Positions 12,680 to 27,717 of a DNA stretch of 64,000 nucleotides are shown here, piece after piece. Position 1 is the first letter of the stretch, and the number at the start of each line of letters is the position of its first letter. Made by a program: the position numbers and the translations under genes. The stretch lies in the NCBI GenBank assembly GCA_951406725.2, contig OX597820.1:94488001-94552000 (forward strand). The letters are read 5' to 3'. Below the pieces are notes generated by a model. The model saw nothing but the letters and a program-made list of their open reading frames with translations. It made no database searches and was not told where the DNA came from. The stretch is from Octopus vulgaris. Taxonomy: Eukaryota.

Positions 12680-15600
12680 ACATAGAGGTTAAGGTCTATT
12701 ATCATTATTGGCTTTCTATTCCATTCGTTATACTATCTACTTCCAAAACTGAGACAGTATATCCATGTCAATAATAAATATTTATTTGAGGCAATGTTTG
12801 TGATGCATGTCATTTTCTACACCTCGAAGTATTCTCAAAGTTCAATCACTGGTTTACGATAAATTATACATCAATGTTCTGACCAATGCAACATGTAACA
12901 TTCTTTAAAGTAACTTTCAGACATGTATCAATATATAGCAATATACATCAAAACATATTGGTTGACAGCATTTCATATTTACATTTTTAAACATAAATAG
13001 TTTCGTATTTTTATAATAGTTCGTATTGAAACTATGAATTGCTTCAAATATGGGCACAGACACAGCAATTTTGTGGGATACCTGTTCAATCATTTACATG
13101 TAACCAAATAGTTGAGTACGACTTTATTTTACCGCCTGCGACAGGAGGTAATGCAATGATAATCTCAGCAGCATTTCAACGCATACCGAAGGGAACCAAA
13201 TGACGAGGAATCTTATACCTCTTAGGAATCTTATACGAGGAATCTTATACCTCTTAGGAATCTTATACATTTTAAAGATTCTGCCTCAGGAAATTATGAA
13301 TAAAAACACGAATATAATAATTACAAAATTTTTGGAGTATTAACGTAATTATATATAAGCATCCGTTACCTTTTTCAGTTGTAGTAGGATTGTTTGGGCC
13401 TAGAAATATATAAAATACATATTATTATACAACGAAAATCTGATTACAAAGTCATTTTCCATAATAGATACTATGGATACACAACATACCATTTTTATGT
13501 TTCCTCTAATAATAATTTCAATGGCATGCACACCGAATATATTATTAGCATTTAATATACAATAAATATTGCTACTTTTGTTTATTACATATTTCGGATT
13601 ATATGAAAGACACGACATCCAGTTTTAGCGTGAATTTATCAAAGTTATTTACCTTATACTACAAGGTAGATCGGTATAAGGATACACCAGTACCACTAAC
13701 TGACGGTTTACGTTATGCAGGATACTCATTGCATGACTTTATCAGATATATATCGGGATTCATTGCCATCTTCTTTGCTATTCATCATACAAAGGGTCTT
13801 AATAAACGAAGATTATAGCACTGAGATATAAAGCATGCTATTGGTATGCACAGTTTTGATGTTGTCACAGAAGGTTATGATTTGTTCAACTATTTCATAT
13901 TTCCCAAACTGATGTATAACTAACTATATCCTTTAAATTATAAAGCAATATAGTAAAACTAGGTTTTCTAAATGTAATTTTAAAAACACGTAAGTTTCAA
14001 TACTATTTTTAAATTCGTAACAATATCTAAACTTACATGCGTGTAATTTTCTAACTGCTTAAAATTCATGCGTTGAAACATTACAGTTTTCATTATAATC
14101 TCCTCTCTTGAAAAATATTTTATTGGTGATTACGGTAAGAGTTTTGATTCAATATATCGTTCATAAACGGGATTAGATTACATTACAATTTTCATTATAA
14201 TCTCCTCTCTTGAAAAATATTTTATTGGTGATTACGGTAAGAGTTTTGATTCAATATATCGTTCATAAACGGGATTAGATTTCTTCAAAGACTTTCCGGA
14301 ACATTCTATATTTTACGCTATTCATATGAACGTAAATACTTTATCATCAAAATTTCAATCAATCGTTTACTTGAAACTTTTTCGTTCTTACACAATTTCA
14401 TTTCAAGTTTTGATAAATTATCATAAATCTATTTTCATTATTGGCTTTCTATTCCATTCATTATAATAACCACTTCCGAAACTGAGACATCATATCCAGG
14501 TCAGTAATAAATATTTCTTAGAGACAATGTCCGTGAAGCACGTAATCGTCTGTTCCACGTAAATTTCCCAAAAGTTAAAACACTGATTTACAATAAGTTA
14601 TACTTCAGTGTTTTAACAAAGCAACAGGTAACAGTCTTTAAAGTATGTTACAAATATGTATCAATATATAGGGAATTACAACAAATTATTTTGTAATATT
14701 TACAAAATATCAGAACATAAATATTTTCGTATTTTAATAATAGTTCGTAATGGACACATGAAGTGTTTCAAATATGAGCAGAGGTCGTGCTATTTAGTCG
14801 GAGACAAATTAAATCGATTACATTACATATGTTTTTATCAGATATTTCTAGATATTCATTTCCATATTGTGTGCTATTTATCATACAAAAGTTATTAATA
14901 ATCCAACATTAGAGCACCCAGATATAAAGAATGGTTTGATTCATAGCGATCATGTTGTCACTGAATGATACATTATTTCAACTGTTTCATATTCCTCCAA
15001 GCCAAGCATAACTATATCTATTTCTTTTACATTATGAAACTATATACTAAAACTATGTTTGCTAACTGTAATTTATAAACACTTAAGTTTCAATACTCTT
15101 TCAAAATGTGCGACGATATCTACAATCTACACGTATATGCGTGCAACTTTCTAATTACTTAAAATTCATAATTTCTAACATTGTGATATTCATTAATATC
15201 ACATCTCTTGAAAATGATATCATTGAGGATTTTTATATTTCATGTAATTCATATAATCACAGCATTTCAACGCATACCGAAGGGAACCAAATGACGAGCT
15301 GCTTAGGAATCTTATACCTATTAAACATTCTGTCATGTTTTTACATCAGGAAATTATGAATAAAAAGATGAATATTTCAATTATAAAACTTTTTGAGTGT
15401 TAACGTAATTATATATAAGAATCCCTTAGCTGTTGAACTTGCTGAAGGATTGATTGCAGCTAGAAATATATAAAATACATATTATTATACAAAGAATATC
15501 TGATGACAATATCATTTTCCGTAATAGATATTATGGATACACAACATATCTGTTTTATGTTTCCTCTAATAATAACATCAATAGCTCTCGATAAAATATA

Positions 15601-18600
15601 CCTTTCACAAACTCCATCAGATTTTTTCACTCAGAATGTTCCTGGAAATTTCTATATTTCATGTCATTCATATAATCGTAAATACTGCATCATTTTCAGA
15701 ATCCTTTTTACATCCTACACATTTTCATTTCCTGCTCGGCTTAATTGACTAAACTCTATTATTATTTCTGGCTTTCTCTTCTGTTCATTATACTAACTAC
15801 ATTCGAAACCGAGACATCATATCCATGTCAGAAGCAAATATTTATTAGAGGTAATATTTGTAATGCATGTCATCTTTTGTTCCATAAAGTTTTACCAAAG
15901 TTCAAACATTCTTACACAATAATTTATACTTCAGGTAAAGTAAGTTACAGATATGTATCAATATACAGCAACATACATCAATACTTATTGTTTCACATAA
16001 TTTTATGATAGTTACAACGTTTCAAAACATAAGTATATTCGTATCTTTATAATAGTTCGTAACGAAAATATGAAATGCTTCAAATATGGGCAGAGGTCGT
16101 GCAATTTTGTGGGAGATCAATTCAATCTTTTACGTTAGGCCAAATTGTTGAGCATGACCATAGTATTCTGCCTGGCACAAGAGCTAATTCATTGATAAAC
16201 TTGCCGGCATTTCAACGCATACCGAAAAGAGACAGATGATGCTCAACTCAGCATTTTGGCCACACGTTAAATATTCTGTCAGTTGCTTACCTCAAGAATC
16301 TATCAATAAAGCGATGAATATTTTAATTGTAAAATTCATTGAAAATTAACTTATTTATATATGAGAATCACTTACCTGTAGTCTTTTTGGTAGGGGCTGA
16401 AAATATTTAAAATACGTATTATTATACAAACGAATCTAATTGCAAATTCATATTCCGTAATAAATATTTGGAATATACTATATATCTTTTTATGATTACT
16501 CTTATAATTTCTGCAATCTCTTGCTATCGTTTATTTACAAACTAATTTACATAATATAATTGACATGGAGGACTATATATTAAGATGAAAAGATATGTGC
16601 TTTCCAATGAAAATCGTTTAATGCATTAGCACTACCAACACCAATTGAAATGCACTGACATAACTATGATAAGTCTATTTACCTCACCGTAAATATCGAA
16701 GAAAGGAACACGGCATATAATATACGCATTTCATATCAAATACATATTATTCGTTTTGTTAATTACATATTTCGAATAATGTGAAAAACACGACTTCCAC
16801 ATTTTGCAGATTGTTATCTCAGTTATTTACGTCAAGACCATGGTAGATCGACATTGCAATATACAGTAACAGTAACATGCAGTTTAATTTATACAGAATT
16901 ACAATGTAATGCTTTTATCAGATATTTCTAGATATTCATTTCCATATTGTGTGCTATTTATCATACAAAAGTTATTAATAATCCAACATTAGAGCACCCA
17001 GAGATAAAGAATGGTCTGATTCATAGCGTGCACGTTGTCACTGATTGATACAATACTTCAACTGTTTCATTTTCGTTCAAGCGAAGTATAACTATAACTA
17101 TTTCTTTTACATTATGAAACTATATACTAAATCTATGTTTGCTAACTGTAATTTATAAACACTTAAATTTTAATACAATTTCAAAATGTACGACGATATG
17201 CACAATCTACACGTATGTGCGTGCAATTTTCTAATTACTTAATATTCATACTTTCTAACATTGTAATTTTCATTAATTTCACATCACCTAAAAATGATAT
17301 CATTGATGATTACGGTAAGAGCTATCTATAAAATATATCTTTCACAAACTCGATCAGATTTCATCACTCAAAATGTTTCTGGAAATTTCTATATTTCATG
17401 TCATTCATATAACCGTAAATACTGCATCATTTTCTGAATCCTTTTTACATCCTACACATTTTCAGTTCCTGCTCGGATTAATTGACTAAACTCTATTATT
17501 ATTTCTGTCATTATCTTCCGTTTATTATGCTAACCACATTCGAAACTACGACATCATTTCCATGTCAGCAGCAAATATTTAATAGAGGTAATATTTGTAA
17601 TGCATGTCATGTTTTCTTCCATAATGTTTTACCAAAGTTCAAACATTCTTACACAATAATTTATACTTCAGTGTTTGACCAATGCAACAGGTAAAGTAAA
17701 TTACAGATATGTATCAATATACAGCAACATACATCAATACTTATTGTTTCACATAATTTTATGATAGTTACAACGTTTCAAAACATAAGTATATTCGTAT
17801 CTTTATAATAGTTCGTAACGAAAATATGAAATGCTTCAAATATGGGCAGAGCTCGTGCAATTTTGTGGGAGATCAATTCAATCTTTTACTTTAGGCCAAA
17901 TTGTTGAGCGTGACTATATTTTTCCGCCTGGCACGTGAGCTAATGCATTGATAAACTTGCCGGCATTTCAACGCATACCGAAAAGAGACAGGTGATGCTC
18001 AACTCAGCTTTTTGGTGACACGTTAAATATTCTGTCAGTTGCTTACCTCAAGAATCTATCAATAAAGCGATGAATATTTTAATTGTAAAATTTATTGAAA
18101 ATTAACTTATTTATATATGAGAATCACTTACCTGTAGTACTTGTGGTAGGAACTGGAAATATTTAAAATACGTATTATTATACAAACGAATCTGATTGCA
18201 AATTCATATTCCGTAATAGATATTTGGAATGTACTATATATCTTTTTATGATTACTCTTATAATTTCTGCAATCTCTTGCTATCGTTTATTTACAAACTA
18301 ATTTACATAATATAATTGACATGGACGACTACGTATTAAGATGAAAAGATATGTGCTTTCCAATGAAAATCGTTTAATGCATTACCACTACCAAAAGCAA
18401 TTGAAATGCAATGAAATAACTATGATAAGTCTATTTACCTCACCGTAAACATCGAAGAAAGGAACCCGGCATATAATATTGGCATTTCATATCAAACAAA
18501 TATTATTCGCTTTGTTAATTACATATTTCGAATTATGTGAAAAACACCACTTCCACATTGTTCAGAATGTTATCTCAGTTATTTACTTTAGAGACCATGG

Positions 18601-21600
18601 TAGGTCGCTATTGGAATATACTGTAACAGTAACATCCAGTTTACTTTATACAGAAGTACAATGTCATGCTTTTATCAGATATTTCTAGAACTTCATTTCC
18701 ATATTGTGTGCTATTTATCATACAAAAGTTATTAATGATCCAACATTAGAGCAGCCAGATATAAAGAATGTTGTGATTCATAGCGTTCATGTTGTCACTG
18801 AATGACATGTTACTTCAACCGTTTCATATTCCTTCAAGCCAAGCATTACTATAACTATTTCTTTTACATTATGAAACTATATACTAAAACTATGGTTGCA
18901 AATTGTAATTTATAAACACTTAAATTTCAATACTATTTCAAAATATACGACGATATGAACAATCTACACGTATGTGCGTGCAACTTTCTAATTACTTAAA
19001 ATTCATGCTTTCTAACATTGTACTTTTCATTAATATCACCTAAAAATGATATCATTGATGATTAGTTACGAGCTCTCGATAAAACATACCTTTCACAAAC
19101 TCGATCAGATTTCAACACCGAGAAAGTTTCTGGAAATGTCTATATCTCATGTCATTCATATAACCGCAAATATTGCATCGTTACCTGAATACTTTTTACA
19201 TCCTACACCTTTTCAGTTCCAGCTCGGCTTAATTGACTAAACTCTATTATTATTTCTGGTTTTCTCTTCTGTTCATTATACTAACCACATTCGAAACTGT
19301 GACATTATATTCATGTCAGAAGCAAATATTTATTAGAGGTAATATTTGTAATGCATGTCATCTTTTGTTCCATAAAGTTTTACCAAAGTTCAAATATTGA
19401 TTTACAATGCCTCATTCTTCAGTGTTTCACCAAAGCAACAGGTAAAGTAAATTACAGATATGTATCAATATATAGCAACATACATCAATACTTATTGTTT
19501 CACGTAATTTTATAATATTTACAACGTTTCAAAACATAAATATTTTCGTATCTTTATAATAGTTCGTAACGAAAATATGAAGTGCTTCAAAGAATCTATC
19601 AATAAAGCGATGAATATTTTAATTTAAAAATTCTTTGAAAATTAACTTTAATTTAACTTCCAGGAAGTTTGCCAGTGCCTGGAAATATTAAAAATATTTA
19701 TTATTATATAAACATATCTGATTGCAAATTGATATTCGTAATATAAATTTGGAATATACTATATATCTTTTTATGATTGCTCTAATAATATCTTCAATCG
19801 CTTGCTATCCCTTGTTTCCGTACTACTTTATATATTATAATCGACATGGACGATATATATTAAGATGAAAAGATATGTGGTTTCCAATGAAAATCGTTTA
19901 ATGCATAAGCACTACCAACACCAAACTGGATGAGATTTCTTCACTTAAATCCATACTTTGTAACTTTGTAATTTTCATTATTATCTCCTCTCTTGAAAAT
20001 AAATTTATTGATGATTACAATAAGTCTTCTTGATGAAATATATCTTTCACATACTGGATGAGATTACTTCACTTACAATCTTTCTGGAAAACTCTATATT
20101 TCATGCCATTCGCATGACCGTAAATACTTTATCATCAGCATTTCAATCAATCATTCACCTGAATATTATTACTCTTTACACAATTTCAGTTCTCGCTCTG
20201 CTTAATTATCTTAAATCTATTATTATTATTATTGGCTTTCTATTCTATTCGTTACACCGACCAATTCCGAAACTGGGAAATCATGAGGATTCTGATGTCA
20301 GTAATAAATATTCATTAGAGACAATATTTGTGATATATGTCATCGTTTCCACATAGTTTTCCCAAAGCTCAAAAAATTGTTTTACAATAATTTATTCTTC
20401 AGTGTTTTTACCAAATCAACACGTAACATTTTTTGTAGTTAATTTCATATCTGTATCAATATATAGCAACATACATCAATACTTATTGTTTGACTCCATT
20501 TTATAATATTTAAAACATTTCAAAACATAAATATTTTCGTATTTTTATAATAGGTCTTAATGAAAGTATGAATTGCTTGAAATATGTGCACAGGTCCAAC
20601 AATTTTGTGGAAGATACTGTTCAGTCGTTTACATTAGCCCATATATTTAAGTGTAACTTTATTTTACCCCCTGGGACATGAGTTATTGCAATGATAATCT
20701 CGGCGGCATACAGAAAAGTGACAGAACACGAACTGCTAAGTATTTTGTTCGACGCGTTCAATATTCCGTCAGGTAGTTACCTCAAGAATTTATCAATTAA
20801 ACGATGAAGATTTTAATTATAAATTTCTTTGATTATTAACATATTTATATAAGAACATAATTTATCTTTTGCAGAGGTTTTATTAGCAGCAATGCTAGAA
20901 ATATATAAAATATATATTATCATAGAAAGAAAATATGATAGCAAAGACATATTTGATAACGTATATTATAATATACAATATATCATTTTATGTTTACTAT
21001 AATAATATTTTCAATGACATGCTATCATTTCATTCAATACGAATTTATATAATATCATTGTCATGGAAGGCTATCTCTCAAGATGAGAAAATATGGAATT
21101 CCCAATGAAAATCGTTATAATGAACGAGTGATTTTATAAGCAATATTTCCATGGCAATCTCTTAGGTATGGTAATGTTATTTACGTTATCTTAATTGTGT
21201 AGTTTCCTATGAAAATTGTTCTTATGTGCAATTGATTCTATAAGCACTAAGGAATGTATATGATTGTTATTTTATATAGAAGAAATTTTGTTAGTTTTTT
21301 TAATTATTTATTTCTGTTTAAATTAAAGTTAGTTTTTTAATTACATATTTCGCATTATAAGAAAACACGACATCCGGTTTTATCATGAAGCTTTCTCAGT
21401 AATTTACCATATAAAACAAGACAGATCGGTATTGGGACATACCAGTAACACTAACATCCAGTTTACTTTATACGGAATTATCATTTAATGACTTTATCAG
21501 ATATATCTCGGAATTCATTGCCAGTTTGGTTACTATTCATCATATAATAGCTATTAATAATGCAACATTAGAGCTCTGACATATAACAATACTGTGAGGC

Positions 21601-23695
21601 ATAGCTTTAATCTTGTCACAGAATGGTATGATTTGTTCAACTGCTCCATATTCTCCAAAACCATGCATAACTATAATTATTTGCTTTTCAATTATAAACC
21701 AATATAATAAAACTAGGTTTGCTAAAAGCAATCTATAAACACAAGTTTCAATATTATTTTAATATTTGCGACAATGTGCAAAATCTACACTTACGTGCGT
21801 GAAATTTTGTAACTACTTAAATTCATACTTTGTAACTTTGTAATTTTTATTATTATTTACTCTCTTGAAAATAATTTCATTGATGATTACAATAAGAGTT
21901 CTTGATGAAATAAATCTTTCACAAACTGGATGAGATTACTTCACTTACAATCTTTCTGGAAAACTCTATATTTCATGCCATTCGCATGACCGTAAATGCT
22001 TTATCATCAGCATTTCAATCAATCATTCACCTGAATCTTACTTCTTCCACAATTTTCAGTTCTCCCTCTGCTTAATTACCGTAAATATATTATCATTATC
22101 GGGTTTCTGTTCTATTTATTATACTAACCACTTCTGAAACTAAGACAGTATATCCATGCCAGTTATAAATATTTTTTGAAGGCTATGTTTGTGATGCATG
22201 TAATCTTCTATAGCTCGAAGTTCAATCATTGATTTACAATAAATTATACATCAATATTTTCCCTAAAGTAACATATAACATTCTTTAAAATAACTTTCAG
22301 ATATGTATCAATATATAGCAGCATAAATCAATATTTATTGCCTGACAACATTTCATAATATTTACATTTTAAACCATAAATAATTTCGTATTTTATAATA
22401 GTTCGTAATGAAACTATAAATTGCTGCAAATATGGTCACAGCAATTTTGTGGGGGATCTACTCCATCGTTTACATGAACTCAGATATTTTAACGTCTACG
22501 ACAGGAGGTAATGCAATGATAATCTCGGCAGCATTTCAACGCATACCGAAGGGGAGAGATGACGACCTGCTTAAGAATTTGATAGACCTGTTAAAGATTC
22601 TGCCAGGTTGTTAGCCCTAAGAACTATGAATAAAACGATGAATATTATAATTATAAGAATCTTTGAATATTAACATAATTATATATAAGCATTATTTACC
22701 GTTTTTAACTCCATTAGTACTGGTTACGCCTAGAAATATATAAAATACATATTATTATAGAAAGTATATCGGATTGCAAAGTCATTTTTCATAATAGATA
22801 TTATGAATATACAATATATCCTTTAATGCTTGCTCTAATAACATCTTCAATGGCATGCTTTCCTTTCATCTCGAGATGAGAAAATATCTGGTTTCCAATG
22901 AAAATCTTTTTAATGAATTAATGATCCTATCAGCACTATTTCAATGGCAAGGACATAGGTTTTTTAAGGTTATTTACCTTATCTTAAACATCGCAAAAAA
23001 TACACACGCAATATATTATAGTTATTTAATATAGAATAAATATTATTAGATTTGTAATTACTTAATTTGGATTATATGGAAGACATGACATCAATACCTA
23101 TTGGTTGGCAATATTTCATAATATTTACATTTTAAAACAAATATTTTCGTATTAGCATAATAGTTCGTAATGAAATTGAGAATTGCTTTAAATATCACAG
23201 CCCACCAGACTCAAGACACAAGAAATATTTTCTCAAATTGCTGCAGGATTTTCTTTCTTTCTTTTTTTAAATATCATTGAGTGAATGACTGCTTCCCACA
23301 CATTGTGCGACGCTAGATTCATGAGAAATATTTAAACCTTTCACCAAAATCCAATGAGTGTGAGAACACACCTTGCTGCCATGCTCCTGTACTAGAAATA
23401 GAAATGCTTGCATTCGGAAACGCCATTCTTAATACCAAAGGATAGACAGTGTTTACAGAGTGCAGTTTTTCTTCCTTTCAGAGACATGATGTCAATGTAA
23501 ATAATAGATATTATTAAAGACAACGTGTGTAATGTACGTAATTTACTGTTCCACGTAGTTTTCCCTAATTTCAAATATTGATTTATAATAAATTGCACTT
23601 CAGTGCTCTAACCAAAACGCCAGTTAACTTTCTTTTAAAGTAATTTTCAGCTAGGTATTAATATATAGCAACATACATTGATACTAATTGTTTGG
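12680..23695. repeat. Degenerate tandem array of a ~1.75-kb unit (about 8 full or partial copies)
   Basis: The marker gaaactgagacatcatatccatgtca recurs near 12748, 14481, 15808, 17547, 19297, 20270, 22138 and ~23480; intact periods are about 1733, 1739 and 1750 bp. Confidence 0.92.
14078..14281. repeat. Near-perfect 102-bp tandem duplication inside an array unit
   Basis: acattaca..gggattagatt starts at 14078 and again at 14180. Confidence 0.9.
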
Positions 23696-24304
23696 TATTG
23701 CTTAAAATAATTCCGTACAAGGCCAGGAAGAATGAGAGGTAGCGACGTGAGACAGAGTACAGAGAAATAGAGCTCGTTTGAATGGATAATTTTAATGTTG
23801 TGAGAGAACGAACATTTTTTTCATTTTCCTGCAAGTTCTTTCTTCACAGATGCCACTGTGCGAATATCCGGTTCCAAATAGTACATTATGTCTTGTAGGA
23901 ATCATTAGAATATTTTGAGATTTTATATTAGCAAGAGTATGCTATCTTAATCCTCATAATGTTTTAAGGAACACACCTTGCTACTGCGTTTCTGTACAAA
24001 GTTTTTTTCCATGGATTCATTCCCTTCCTAACACCATCGGGTATACTAATTCATTTTATCACAATTTTTCTTGGCACCAGTGAAATAGTTTGCCTCGTCT
24101 TAGTCATACCTCAAAAGTCCTCGCATCCCTGCATGGTCTTTGCTCGAACTTTGAACATTTCGCAGCTGATACAGATTACACTTTTTACCTGTCACAAGCG
24201 CTTTGGAGTTTGTCTCACCTTCTGCAACACGATTCTGGCGTGTGTACTGGGTGCTTTCTCCCGTTGTGTGTGTTTGCTGAAATTGCTGAGCGGAGTGACA
24301 ATCA

Positions 24305-27130
24305 TGTCATGAAAAACTGCAAAAACTATGGAAAGAAGCCACAAAGCGGGAAGAAGAAAAATCCATAAAAATGTGGGAAAAACAACAAGAGTGAGTCACT
24401 AACTATGAAGAAAACCATGGAGACAAATGCATAATGAAAACGAAACCACAACAACACGAAGAAATCGAAAACAAACTTAGACACTAACCCCAGAAGAACC
24501 GAACTGAGGTAACGAACCTCTAATTACCCAAGAACATACGCGGAAATGACCCCTGTCTCACCCCAAGTACAGACCAGAAACCTATATTCTACAATGCATA
24601 ACACTGCAAATATCCAACACATGAAATATAGAAGACGACTATCAACCCATAAGTCCACACACCATAGATGGATAAATAAAAAGAAAAAAGGGCATGAAAG
24701 GCAAATAACATACAGACAACCACCAACCGGTAATAAAAGATGGAAGAGAGAGACAAATAAAATACAGACAGCACGGGTATTATAATAGGAATAATAATCA
24801 TCATCATAACTCAAGCAACCCACGATTTACGACCAAAATTTCCATATATCCTGAATGGCGAAAAGAGCATGGAGGAAGGGAAGAAAACAAAACTTATAAC
24901 CAGCGGAATTCATATAAAAGATATGAACCATCCTCCCACTTACATGGAAACCAGAACGCCGAGATCAGAAAACGGAGACATAGTGACAAAATTCCATTTT
25001 TAGGGAGGAAATACTAAAATAACACACCGGACCCGATAATACACAAAATTTAAATGAACACACACACAACATATAGACCCGAAGATCATAAATAAATTTG
25101 TCAAACGAGAATGAGATGATCCTCCTATTAAAATGTTTCAAGTTTACCCCGACACCTACACCTAATCTCATAGAACTGGAATCTGATACTGAACACTTCA
25201 ACCGCCACCTCCGACTTATAGAATTCTTCAACAACAAAGATTTAAATGATGAATAATAGTCAGAAATAAATCCCACTTCATCCGCTACAAGGGAAAGGAT
25301 AAATATTTAGACTTATATATAGGCACGATTTAAAAATTTCCCCTAAATACCCACAGATGCAAACAAAACCTTCGTGAAGAAGAAAAGGAAGCCTTACAAA
25401 CACTGAAGAATGACATCTCAGTCATCCTAAAAGAAAAAAACAATAATGAATAAAATCAGGAGACTAATCAATGAATTCCAAGATTCCTTCACAGACAAGG
25501 AGAAATATTATATATGCAGCCCTGTAATCAAAGAGAGTAATTTCTACGGATTACCCAAAATCCACAAAAGCTCCGAAATACAAAGTGCCATAAAGAAGAA
25601 GAACCAATACGTAAAAATACTAAGGCCTTCTGACCTCAAACTAAGACCAATAGTTGCTGGAAATCAAGCACCAACACAACAACTAAGTCATTTTTTGGAT
25701 ATACTCCTAAAACCTTTGTAGCTTTTAATACCCAATTATGTACATGATGGCATAGATTTCATCCAACACATCCCTTCCACTGTCGCAGAAGGTACTATAC
25801 TCACAAGTTTTGATGGCACCAATCTCTATACTAATATACCTCACACTTTAGGCCTAGAAGCAATCAAATACCGGGTAGAAGAACACAGAGAACGGATAAA
25901 TGAACGTTTCAACACTGACTTCATCACCAAGGCCACACACCTAGTACTAGAGGAAAATACCTTTAGATTCGACAATGAAACATATCGACAAAAAAGGGCA
26001 CGGCCATGGGTACGCGGTTTACGATCTCATATGCAAACTTAGTAATGGGATACTTGGAAGAAAAACTTTATGAGGAAGTAGAAAAAACTTTTGATCAGGA
26101 GTTCAAGAAATATATTAAAAAGTGGAAACGCTTCCTTGATGATTGCTTCATCTTCTGGGACAAATCGAATGAAGATCTAAATATATTTAACAATATACTG
26201 AACACACTTGACCCATTCATCTAATTCACGACAGAATCCATTTGCAATGAACTACCATTCCAGGATATCCATATAAAAATACAGAACTCCACAGTCACAA
26301 CAAACATATTTTATAAAACACCGACACCAACCAATATTTAAATTTCTACTCTTGCCATAGACGCATCTGTGCTATAATGACTGACCCCAAAATACGTGAG
26401 ATCCGACTCAACGAAATCAAAGGCTTCCCCACAACACAGAAATACCCCTTAGGATTAATTAATGAGGGGATTAAAAAAGCGATGGAACTGAATATCACAC
26501 ATCTACGGATACCTAAGGAAAAAGTTAATGAAAACACGATTCCGTTCATTAACACACACAGTCCTGGAATGACCATCTTCCACAAACTTACCTGTACTCC
26601 TACAAAGACCCAAAATGAAAAATCTGATTGAAAAAAAACACCTTACGGAATAGCAGATGCCAACCAAAAAATCTTGAACAACACCTCACAAGGGCAGAAT
26701 TCAAATCAGAGAATGAATCTGAATTCTTAGTAAAAGAATGTGGAGTTAGAAGATGTGGAACACGCAACATCAACAACTTCAAATACTTGGAAAGGGGTTC
26801 TTACATAAAATTCAAAAGCGGATCCCTTTTCAAAATGCAGACATGAACTGCAAAAGGCAAAACCTCATATACTGCATTACCTGCCCAAACTGCTAAGAAA
26901 ATTACATTGGTGAAACAAATAATTCCCTCTGCCAACGTGCAAGAATCCACAGGCAACATATCCGACAAGAGGAATTACGCAAGATTCCATTAAGTAAGCA
27001 TCTGGAAATATGCAGCCTCCAAAAGTTAAACATTTTTCCCTTTTACAAATGTGCACGGGACGATCTGCATTACTGAAAAGCAATGGAACTAGATTTCATC
27101 AAAAATTCTCTCCAAAATTGAATGTTTGAA
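24305..27130 (+). mobile_element. Decayed Penelope-like retroelement (RT + GIY-YIG)
   Basis: NFYGLPKIHK..LRPIVA, SFDGTNLYTNIP, GTAMGTRF..YANLVMG, WKRFLDDCFIFW and NLIYCITCPNC*ENYIGET, broken by stops and frameshifts. Confidence 0.93.
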
Positions 27131-27243
27131 GGTAAAGTCGAGAATTTGAATACTTTATACCAAATGTGGTACATCTCTACAAATGTTCAGATATATGTGT
27201 GTAGCATTGGGATGTTTTAGATTTACGTATATATATACATACA

Positions 27244-27297
<54 letters not shown>

Positions 27298-27298
<1 letters not shown>

Positions 27299-27570
27299 GA
27301 ATACAAAAATGGGGCATCCAGACAGTTAGATGATACAAAAAGAGACAAGAAAAAACAAGGAGGAGTCATTCCTCAGTCGAGTTCCAGATTATTTTTGCAG
27401 TTTCGTCGAGTATAACCAGCCGAAACTGAAAAGATAATCTGGAACTCGACTGACGAAAGAAAACTCCGAATGAACCGTTTTTGTTTTTCTCTTGTCCCTT
27501 TTTGTATCATCTAACTGTCTGGGTGTCTTGTTGTCGCCGGTTGCGTTCTTGTCCCATTTTTTTGTATTTT
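27298..27570. mobile_element. Foldback (palindromic) element; mirror at about 58260-58532
   Basis: ccagacagttagatgatacaaaaa / tttttgtatcatctaactgtctgg and tcagtcgagttccagattat..cagtttcg / cgaaactg..ataatctggaactcgactga around a centre near 27413. Confidence 0.8.
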
Positions 27571-27604
27571 TTATATAGCTATAGCGGCATGCGTGCACTT
27601 TGGG

Positions 27605-27651
<47 letters not shown>

Positions 27652-27717
27652 CTTAGTGTGTACCGTTGGCGATTTTTTTCCTCTGTCTTCCCTTCTCTGG
27701 ATCTTTCCTTCTCCTAT

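Noticed and set aside
13205-13268. Short repeated ggaatcttatac units resembling a CRISPR array
   Set aside because: A local slippage duplication without unique spacers, in eukaryotic DNA with no cas genes.
15745-16008. Signal-peptide-like Cys-containing ORF repeated in array units (also 17482-17694)
   Set aside because: Starts at TTG and is broken by stops or frameshifts in other units; hydrophobicity reflects AT richness.
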